A stretch of 64,000 bases of DNA from Oopsacas minuta. Its lineage: Eukaryota; Animalia; Porifera. Shown here in pieces: positions 1 through 9,047 of the stretch. The translations under genes were made by a program, and so were the position numbers. The notes under the pieces are model-generated. The model made no database searches and was not told where the DNA came from. It was given only the letters and a program-made list of their open reading frames with translations. The stretch lies in contig JAKMXF010000297.1 in assembly GCA_024704765.1 (NCBI GenBank), positions 1 through 64,000 on the forward strand, given 5' to 3'. Numbering within the stretch: the stretch's first letter is position 1; each line of letters starts with the position of its first letter.

Positions 1-412
1 AATAAATAAAAAACATTTTAGGTTTACTATTTATTTGTGGAATCGTGCTACCGTACGATCGTACGACGATTGAAGCATGTCAGTTATAATTTGTTGAAGC
101 CATATACCATCAGATCGACAACATCTCCCGATTGACAACATCTCCTATGACATGTACACATTACCTTTATAAATATACCAATGTCAACTTTCATTTTAGT
201 CGCACTGGTAGATTACGCATAATCGCTGGGATGTAGTATGTATGAACCTCCCATACCTTCAATTCAAAAGGGCATTTTGCTTTAGGTACTGAACATATCT
301 GAGAAGAATCTAATTTTTGCTAATTTCTATTCTTAGCTATGGTATATCCAATTAATGGAATGTAATTTAGGTTGAAGTCACTTATCATTACTTTATGAAT
401 AATTCTGTTTAG

Positions 413-736
413 TTAGAACAACAATCACTTCGTATAATGAATCTGGATCTGCTCCTGAGATATGGAGCTAGTGCCTGGAAAGTACACAATGAACAGCTGG
501 AGCGCATGACTGTCTTAGAGGAAAAACAGCTGAGACAGATCAAACAGAGAATACAAGAAGTTAACTGGGAGCGCAAGAAGCAACAGACAGAGGGTGGAGA
601 GGGTCTTAGTAGGCTATCTGCTGAATGGAATTACCTCGTAAAGGAGAATCTCCAGATTGAGGAGGTATGTCTTCCCCTAGAAAGAGAAATAGAGACCCTC
701 AGAACACTAGTAGAGAACAAGAAACACAACAAATAA
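413..736 (+). CDS. BCAS2: Pre-mRNA splicing factor SPF27/BCAS2, last coding exon (upstream exons not identified in the window)
   Basis: Acceptor TTTAG at 408-412, then LEQQSLRIMNLDLLLRYGASAWKVHNEQLE...IQEVNWERKKQQ...LVKENLQIE, matching the BCAS2 C-terminal coiled coil (LEHQAVRIENLELM..G.NAWK..NE...NW.RK..Q). Stop at 734-736. Confidence 0.85.
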   Translation, partial: LEQQSLRIMNLDLLLRYGASAWKVHNEQLERMTVLEEKQLRQIKQRIQEVNWERKKQQTEGGEGLSRLSAEWNYLVKENLQIEEVCLPLEREIETLRTLVENKKHNK

Positions 737-907
737 TGGCAATACGCATAATACTCAAATATATATTCGTGAAATTAGTGGTTTTAATATATTTCAATAT
801 TAAATATAATCAATTTTTAATAATACTAACCCTGTAGGTGTAATGTCGAATTAGTTAAATCAGCTCTCTGTTAGAATTTGTAGTGTAGGATATTGTAGCT
901 GAATAAG

Positions 908-3900
908 ATGAGTGATCCAATTGAATCTAATAAGGGAGTAACTCCTGATGATAACAGTACAGCTAAGACTTATGAGTTACCTTCTAATGAGACTAAGATA
1001 TCAGACAAAACTTCTACAGTAGATACCGCCCTCTCTTTTGATAAATTATGTGTACATTCTGATTCAGAATCCTCTGGAGATGAAATTACAGCTTTTGATA
1101 GAATTCGTGCATCAAGTGATTCAGATGAAGGAGAAGCTACGAAGACAATAAAAGCGATTTCTGTATCTAAAGAGTTACCTCCAGTACCTGTAACTCTATC
1201 TACCCCGGTTACTGAGACTGAAGAGGTTAAAGTAGAAGAGACATTGCCAGAAGACATGCTTGAAGAAACTGTGAAAAATTCTGAAGTTACGAAAGAGATA
1301 ATCGAGGCCAAATCACATAACAATACTGATGTATCATCTATCCAAGAACCAAACGTTAGTATCCTACGTACACTGTTATGAAGATTATGAATTATTCAAT
1401 TCGTGCTGAATTGTAGAGATTTGGATTTATGTAATTTCTAATTAGAATACACCTGACAAGAAAGTCGTTGTAGAAGATGAACAAAAGAGCAAGGAAGAGA
1501 GCGATAAAATCCAACCTGGTGTATCTAAAGATAAACCCAAATCCCCCGAGGAGAAGAGTAGTATCCAGAGTACAGGCGATTGGAATGAGAGCGAGAAGGG
1601 AAATAAATATTCTCAAAACAAAGATTTTTCTAGAGAGAAAGGAAAACCACGGAAATCCTACCCAGAGGTTTGTCACTTGATTGTATATACTGTTAAATTA
1701 TGTTAATGTAATTTCATGCTAGGATTCCTTTCGAGATGGAAACAAAAGAGAGAGAGGTAAAGGTAGAAGTAATCGTGATGATAGAGGAGTACGGAGAGAA
1801 AATTACGGACATGATGATAGATTCTACGTTTCTCCAGATACGAGGACAAACGAACCTGAGTTCGATTCTAATGTGATACAAGGACGTTCTCCTCCTACTC
1901 GCAGTTGGAAAGGAACAAGAGGAAGGGGAGGAGAGGGCAAATGGAAACATGACAAATTCTATGAAGATGAACAAGGACCTATCGCTGTGGTAATAAGATA
2001 ATGTTTTACCTTTTCTTACGGATATTATATATTAACAATTTACAGGAATCTACTAACAACAGTTATCCTTCCTACTCATCTCCTCAAAGGTTAGTTTTAA
2101 TTAATTTTATTATGATATACTCTAAAATATAATTATTCTATAGTGTTAGTCAGAGTCAATATCCCTATAAGAAGGGGAGAGGACGTGGTAAGAAACAGTA
2201 CAGTGATCAATCCCCCATCCCAGGGTTCCAGCGTAACTCACCCCGACAGGAGAGGAGAGGGAGAGGGAATCCATATAAAGAAGAATCTGATGTATACTCT
2301 TCTAGTACTCGTCCAAATAGAGGGAGAGGAATTAACAGGTACTCATTGTACACAACTACCTATATACATACAATATATTATCAATATGCTGTAGATATAG
2401 TAATTATAAAGAAGATAATTCTGGAGTGTATCACTCAAAACCGATCGTATTTGTCTCTCAGAATAAGAAGATTGAACCTCCAACTGATAGACACAAGGAC
2501 CAGGATAATACTAGGTAACAACTGTCTATGTCTATATATCTTACACGCTTATCATAATCCCGTTAAAATATGCAGGACCTATAATCAAAATGTCAACTCG
2601 ACGTTTGTAATGATTTAAACATTCGCACTAATACAAAAATTAAAATGTTCAGGAGGTCCGTATTTGTTCATGATTCTACATTTATCGATTGGAAGGCTGA
2701 AAAGTTCTTCAAAGATTTCGAGAAGGATCTTCTCCTCTTATTCGTATTCGCCATACAAGCGAATTGTTCTGCTTCTTGATTGTAAATAGATTTTAGAATT
2801 TTTGCACATTCACTTTGTCCATTGTTAATTAAGTTAGTTAGCGTGTCATACTCCTGTATTGTAGGGCCATCAAGGATCATAATCTTTTCACATGAAGCTA
2901 GCTTTATGAGTCTGTCAGTCAGATATATGACTGTATAACCACTACAATGAGTACGTATAATCTTGTGTACTTTGTCCTCTGTATCTTGGTCGAGAGAATT
3001 AATTGCGCTGTCTATGATTAGAAGTTTGTTTTTCTTAAGGAGTGCTCTTGCTAGAGAAAATAGCTTCTTCTGTCCACCACTAAAGTACTGATTGAATTTA
3101 GACATGTCAAATGAGAATTGTTCTGGTAGAGAACTGATTAGTGACTTCAGTTCAGTAACTTCTAGAATTTCCCATATTTCATTGTCAGTAGCTTTATCTA
3201 ATGGGTCTAGATTTAACCGTAGTGAGCCTGGTAACACCATACAATCAATTGGTACAAGAGAAATGCTATCTCTAAGGACATTTTGGTCCATCTTCGTGAT
3301 GTCCGTATTGTCTATTTTAATTGTACCACTGAACTCGCTCAAACACGTGAGGGCAGCCAAAACAGCTGATGCATTCTTACCCACTATGCCAATCGTCTCT
3401 CCGGAGTTGATAGTGAATGATACTTGTTGCAACAAGTTAGGGAGGTAAGGTGCGAAACAGAATATTACGTCATCAAACTCAATAGTTGGATCGATAGGCC
3501 ATTTAGAGTCAACTTTAATCGGTTCATCTCTTTTTGCTTTACACGGTAAATTCCTATAACTTAGAAGTCTCTGTACAGATATCATCTCATTCTCAACCTC
3601 AATACTTAGTAACATCCAGTGTTTTAACATCCATAGAGCGAGGATCATTTGTCCTAGAGTTGTAGCACTTAAGGATTCTTCTTCTGCATGAACTTTAAGA
3701 ATAACAGCTGTTACAAGCGCAAGAGTACATATACCCAATATCCCAACTCTAATACCCACCCAGATATTAACCAGATGGTTACTGTAGTATGCGTTAGAGT
3801 AATTGTCTTGACATTTTATGAAGTGTGACATCAGTTTATTTTGACAGTGATGAGACTGTATAGTCAGTATACCATTGACAGTTATGTTACACTGTGAATA

Positions 3901-6900
3901 GAGAGGTATACATAGTTTGGATTCAAGAGAACGTACTGATCTGGATGTTTTAAGATAGATCCATCTGAATATTAACAACAAACTAACTATGACTATGATG
4001 GAAGGAATTAGGATTACTTGGTTTATAGAGAATGTAAGTGCTATTACCCCCACAGCCTGGAAGGTTAGGACTGTGAAGAAAGTGAAATGGTATGGGAGTA
4101 ATTCGTCACATACTGCTATATCTTGAATAAAACGATTCACTATAGTACCTACGGGAGTGCGGAGGAAGAATGAACTTTTAGCTTTCAGGACTGAATAGAA
4201 CATTCCATCATGTAGAGCATCTGAGCATCTTAACAGAATGAATATTATCATAACGCAGAGCAGCAAGTAGCAAATACAAGATAGAGCAACGAACACCGAT
4301 ACTACGATGTAGGCTTTCCATTCTTGGTTATCGATTATCAAGGAAGCGTTAACTGTTGCATTTCCTGTTCTAACACTTGAGAAACTTGGAGTGCTTGGTG
4401 GTAGGAAGAACCATCCAACGAGAGATATGATACTGCCGCTTTCAGCTAGCAGAACAAGAATTAATAGGAAGTATAGTACAGCTACGTTAGTACCTGACAT
4501 TAAGTATGTTATGTACGTCCTGATTGAGATATTGTGCACTTTCTCGTCTTCCTTCACTTGATAAATCTTTTGCCAGTTATCAATACCATCCATATCCATA
4601 GTTGTGGTGATATTTATAGATTTCTGTTTCAACATTCTGAAATTTCGTATCAAAGATTTTCTACGACTTAACTGATCTACTTTGTTTCCTGATTCTGGAA
4701 TCTCTTCATCGTCACTTAGAACTTTTTGAATCATACAGATAATGTCTATCTCTTCATTCTTCATTTTTATTTCAAACATTACAAGGTTTAGAATTTCTTG
4801 CTGATTAGTTGCAATCAGTACAATTTTATCAGTCAAGACTTCAGTTATCAAATTCTTGAATATTTTAATTGCAGGTTTAAGTTCGATAATGCTAAATACC
4901 TCATCCAATAAGTAGATATCAGCTTTCTTGTAAATTGCCCTAGCGATTGATATCTTCATTGCTAGAGGGCCTTTAATTCCGCCCTCATCCATAACCTGAG
5001 TACTATCAGCAAGATTAGAATATTTGAATTCTTCCTCGATTCCACACAATTTTTTTACTTTTTCATACCATACTTCATCTATTTTCTCACTAAATATTAT
5101 ATTTTCCTTGATATCACCATCAAACAACCATCCTTCTTTCGGTACAAATACTACGGTCCCTTTCTTGTATATTTCGAGATTTTCAGGGATATCCAGTTCG
5201 CCGAATATAGACAGAAGTAAATCCGAGTTTCCGGCAGTGATATTACCTGATATTCCTATGACGTTCTTATTCTCTCCTGCACTTATTATAATTGAATGAG
5301 AGTTCTCGCTCTTTGAACATATTTTGATAAAAGCTTTTTTATCTAATTGGACTAAGGAAGTTCCATTTTTTAGATTCTGTTTCTCTGCTGTTTTAGATTT
5401 GAGTTCGTTATTGTCGCTCTGTCTGGAATTCTTGATAGTTTCGTATTCAGGCGAGTCTAGCAATGCCGCAATCCTCTTGAGAGATAAATTTACTTCTTTA
5501 ATCAAATAGATAGCGTAGTTAAATTCTAGAACTAGCGTTGAGCTCAGTTGTGCAAACATTAAGAACCCTGCATTCACTTGACCAGCTGTGATTTCTTTAT
5601 CAGAGATTATGGAATAAGTTATAGCAGTAAGGTAGATTGAGACAGTAGGTCCTATGAAGAAGAAGAAAAGTTTGAGTGCTCGGATTAGGCTGGCTTTCTG
5701 GAGAAATCTATCTTCTTTGAATTTAGTTTGATAGACAAGTTTGGTTATTGGTTCCTCCCAAGCTAATAGTCTCACGAGATTGAAGTTAGCAACAAGATTT
5801 TGTACAATATCTACTCTCTTGTCTCCATAGTGCAGCATCTTTTTGCGTATTGTTTTAAACTTTTTTGAGAATGAGAGTTGTATTACTGAGATAATAGTTA
5901 GGAATAAGATTCCTGGTATAACGGAGCAGTATAGCTCCAACCGGTTCCACATAAAGAAGATAACTGTTCCCACTTCAATTGGTGCTATCCATAGAATATG
6001 GAGGGTGGCTATACCTTCACGGAATATTTGTGTGTCAGATGATATTAGGTGGATTACATTGAAATCTCGCAATGCTTTACTTTTGATTTTCAACAATTTT
6101 CTGTAGATAATAGATTCGAACACTATCCTCAGATAAGTAGAACTGAAAGCATCAAAGTATGTTTTGAGATTTGAAGTGACCAATTCTCCAAAAGTGGCTC
6201 CTATTAGTACACATGCAGTTAGTGTAGTACTGCAAATTGAAGTTTCCAGATTCAGGGGTGATGTCAATTGATTTGTCGTTATATTTGAATGATTCGAACT
6301 GGATAATACAGTGTAGCTGTTGTTGCAATACATCTTTTGAGTTACGAGGGCTGCTAGTAATAAATCTTTTATCAAATTGAGGGAATGTTCTAGAAACATG
6401 AATACTCCTGTTATAAAGAAGTTGATACAGACAGAAGTAATTAATATCCACTTTAGAATAAGTACTGTGTTCCTATTCCCTGATGTTTGCGTATGTTTCG
6501 AAATGAAATCCCAATCATGTTCGATTTTCCTATTTATATTAGCTCCTCTAAGCTGTTGTCTTACTTTACATAGATCTTGGTCTTTTAAATTCCTACGGAC
6601 TCCTTTGATAAATATCATATCTATTAAAAAGTCTGCAAAAATTTCCTTGAATCTGATTACACAATTCATTTTTCAATTCTTTAATTATCAGGATGAGAGA
6701 ATTAAAATCTTTATTATCAGGATGACCATTCTGGTATTTATATTAATTTGCTGTCAGTATGGTTTCTAACTATAGCTATCACATCGCAACACATTTGTAC
6801 TTTTATCAGATCCTTTGAACACTTCTAATCAATCTCAAAAGCTCTCATCATTTCAGGATGATTAATCCTTGATATCCCATCCAATAAGATCTATTGTATT

Positions 6901-8579
6901 ACACTATAATTCTCTTTTCCACAAGATTCTGTAGATTTCTTTAGTCTTATCAACTTATTCAAATGTTTTAGAACTACCTTGAACGTAGATGATGCTGTCA
7001 ATAGCGATTATATTCAACCTAGTTCTAGTACTGCTCTTCCCTCCATCTCTGTCTTTTCTACAAAGCCTGAAATTGGTTTGTTATTTATTTATCAGCTAAC
7101 TCCTATTTTGTGATATTTTTATAGTTCGAGGATCAATTAGAATTTGTCATCTTGATATTTATTGATTTGTTTAAGAAATTACGTCACACGAACTCTGAGA
7201 CCACACATATTTTAACTATAAATTTAGAGTGTGAATACGAAAAATATGGTGAAATCAAATACTTTCATAATTTTGTTTCCAAGACATGCAGCAACCTAAA
7301 CGTGCTCCTCAGATGAAATACGGGCCTTACAACAACAAAAAGGATACTGAGAAGTACACTACTACCTCGAACTCCTCGTATACAGGGTTAGGTAGAGGAA
7401 AGGGAAAGATTTTGCATCCGGTCGCGTTACTCCAGAGAGGGCAGCAATATAAAAGACGTAAGTAAGGTAGCAACTTAAGTGGAAGGGGCAATGCAAACTG
7501 CCCACCTTTCTCTTAATTTACTTTAACAAGAAATTTTAGATTTCTATTTTGTCAGTAGTATATTGGTTGTACCTCTATCTAGCTACTGAACCTGTCAATT
7601 ATGAGTATGAGAAAGAGTTTGTACCAAAGAAAGACCCGAAAGAACCTATCTCCCTTACTCCTGATTCAAATCCTTCATTTCCCTTTACTAAATCTGAACC
7701 TCTACATAAACCCGAGCGTTATTCTACTCAGAGAATGAAGCAAGCACAATCAGCTGATCATAACAATGTAACAACTTCTAACGTGGGTATTCCTGTTATG
7801 AATGCTAACTCTCCTAATCCTGGATTAAACAGACCTCCTAGCACTCAAGACCAAGGTACTTAAGTAATATAATACATAATATATATTATTAATACTAATA
7901 ACATTATTTATTTATTTATTTCTCTTAACAAAGGGTACAACGCATCTATGAGAATAGGAGAGCACCCACAACAAGAAACACGATCTTCCATGATGGATGT
8001 ACCGTATTCTGAATTCTATCCCACTCCATACAAGGTATGGCTTTACAAACTATAAACCTTATGTATACTTATATGTTATTTTCTGTATTTTAGGAAGAGA
8101 TGGTAGGAAATCAAATGTCTGCAATGCATCCTTTCAACATGATGCCAGGTAATATGTCTATAAATGTGTAAATACAAGATATTATCTATCTATCTATATA
8201 TATATATATATGTTATTGCTAGATTACATGATATCACCTGATGTCATGAAGGAAGGGGACTTCCAACAGATGCAGTTCCCTCCTTTCATCCCACAAGAGA
8301 TGACAATGAACATGAAGGGAGCACCCAATATGATGGGAGGTAGTTGCTTCAAAATACTAGTTTGATTTGATACACGTTTTTATGACAATTTATTATTTCA
8401 CACCAGGTATTCCTTACATAAGCAATCCTCCTGAGTATACGATGGGAAGTGAAGTTCCACCCAATTTACAATCTGATTTATTTGTTCCAATGCAAAGGTA
8501 AAGCAGTAAAAACACTAATTATATAAATGAATACAATCATTAATAAGATTTATTTCATAGTTATTATCCTCCAATCTAA
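908..8579 (+). CDS. CASC3: CASC3/Barentsz/MLN51-like exon-junction-complex protein, about 15 exons, host of a nested ABC gene
   Basis: Phase-consistent GT-AG exons: 908-1354, 1446-1667, 1723-1989, 2046-2089, 2144-2338, 2395-2514, 2576-2602, [intron 2603-6971], 6972-7075, 7284-7457, 7583-7855, 7934-8034, 8094-8148, 8223-8339, 8407-~8497, 8561-8579. The protein has an acidic N-terminus, a Btz-like HDDR...GKWKHDKFYEDEQGP segment (cf. GRWEHDKFREDEQAP), a downstream RYSTQR motif (cf. RYSSQR) and a P/M/Q-rich tail ending YYPPI. Confidence 0.8.
2668..6669 (-). CDS. ABCC4/MRP4-like short ABC-C protein (TMD1-NBD1-TMD2-NBD2), single exon, degenerate NBDs, nested in CASC3 intron
   Basis: 1333-aa uninterrupted ORF. 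ABCC-type motifs include LHILWIAP, WEEP, FFLRTPVGTIVNRF, SVQRLLSY, WP..PTIEF and LRLNLDP. No TMD0. Walker A, Q-loop, Walker B and H-loop are altered. Confidence 0.9.
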   Translation of the reverse strand: MNCVIRFKEIFADFLIDMIFIKGVRRNLKDQDLCKVRQQLRGANINRKIEHDWDFISKHTQTSGNRNTVLILKWILITSVCINFFITGVFMFLEHSLNLIKDLLLAALVTQKMYCNNSYTVLSSSNHSNITTNQLTSPLNLETSICSTTLTACVLIGATFGELVTSNLKTYFDAFSSTYLRIVFESIIYRKLLKIKSKALRDFNVIHLISSDTQIFREGIATLHILWIAPIEVGTVIFFMWNRLELYCSVIPGILFLTIISVIQLSFSKKFKTIRKKMLHYGDKRVDIVQNLVANFNLVRLLAWEEPITKLVYQTKFKEDRFLQKASLIRALKLFFFFIGPTVSIYLTAITYSIISDKEITAGQVNAGFLMFAQLSSTLVLEFNYAIYLIKEVNLSLKRIAALLDSPEYETIKNSRQSDNNELKSKTAEKQNLKNGTSLVQLDKKAFIKICSKSENSHSIIISAGENKNVIGISGNITAGNSDLLLSIFGELDIPENLEIYKKGTVVFVPKEGWLFDGDIKENIIFSEKIDEVWYEKVKKLCGIEEEFKYSNLADSTQVMDEGGIKGPLAMKISIARAIYKKADIYLLDEVFSIIELKPAIKIFKNLITEVLTDKIVLIATNQQEILNLVMFEIKMKNEEIDIICMIQKVLSDDEEIPESGNKVDQLSRRKSLIRNFRMLKQKSINITTTMDMDGIDNWQKIYQVKEDEKVHNISIRTYITYLMSGTNVAVLYFLLILVLLAESGSIISLVGWFFLPPSTPSFSSVRTGNATVNASLIIDNQEWKAYIVVSVFVALSCICYLLLCVMIIFILLRCSDALHDGMFYSVLKAKSSFFLRTPVGTIVNRFIQDIAVCDELLPYHFTFFTVLTFQAVGVIALTFSINQVILIPSIIVIVSLLLIFRWIYLKTSRSVRSLESKLCIPLYSQCNITVNGILTIQSHHCQNKLMSHFIKCQDNYSNAYYSNHLVNIWVGIRVGILGICTLALVTAVILKVHAEEESLSATTLGQMILALWMLKHWMLLSIEVENEMISVQRLLSYRNLPCKAKRDEPIKVDSKWPIDPTIEFDDVIFCFAPYLPNLLQQVSFTINSGETIGIVGKNASAVLAALTCLSEFSGTIKIDNTDITKMDQNVLRDSISLVPIDCMVLPGSLRLNLDPLDKATDNEIWEILEVTELKSLISSLPEQFSFDMSKFNQYFSGGQKKLFSLARALLKKNKLLIIDSAINSLDQDTEDKVHKIIRTHCSGYTVIYLTDRLIKLASCEKIMILDGPTIQEYDTLTNLINNGQSECAKILKSIYNQEAEQFACMANTNKRRRSFSKSLKNFSAFQSINVES

Positions 8580-8639
8580 GGCCAGGAAGGGAGAATAAGA
8601 TCCGCTCTACTCTACTTTGGTTGGTTTGTTAAATGTTAA

Positions 8640-8790
8640 AATCTTTCAAAAAACCTTTCAAAATATTTTACAAAACATTTCCCCATCTAGGACAATTGAC
8701 TCCAAACCTGCTCCAATGCACCTCCAAACGATAACTTTCCCCTAATTCTCACAATTGTATATAATCCCTTGGTTGCATAAGGAATATTTC
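8640..8790 (-). mobile_element. Possible heavily decayed Tc1/mariner transposase fragment
   Basis: The minus strand reads *GKVIVWRCIGAGLESIVLDGEM, resembling the Tc1 GGSVMVWGC...G.L..IDG.M motif. It is flanked by stops and no TIRs were found. Confidence 0.25.
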
Positions 8791-9047
8791 CAAGCGATTA
8801 CTGCTAGGAGTTTATCTAAAATGCACCTCATGGGTTGTGATGTGATACTATGTTACTACCAGGTCTGATCATTCATTATTATTTGACCTATTTTTGTATA
8901 CCAATTTTCTTCTATCATATTTTGCTACACATATTCATGGGATTTACATTTCGGAATTACATTTCAATCATTACACAGTAATTACTTCAATAATTTGCAA
9001 GTGTGGTATATTTAAAATTAAGGTATTAAACGATAATTTAGTCTGTG

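Noticed and set aside
908-1381. 157-aa ORF, and ORFs 1477-1680, 2143-2394, 2346-2618 and 7549-7863, as independent genes
   Set aside because: They are read-throughs or wrong-frame overlaps of CASC3 exons; splice sites and phases link them into one gene.
3092-6769. Plus-strand ORFs opposite the ABC gene (3092-3448, 5024-5299, 5324-5509, 5843-6106, 6377-6769)
   Set aside because: They are antisense shadow ORFs with no recognisable motifs. They were also checked as possible CASC3 exons and were not needed for phase continuity.
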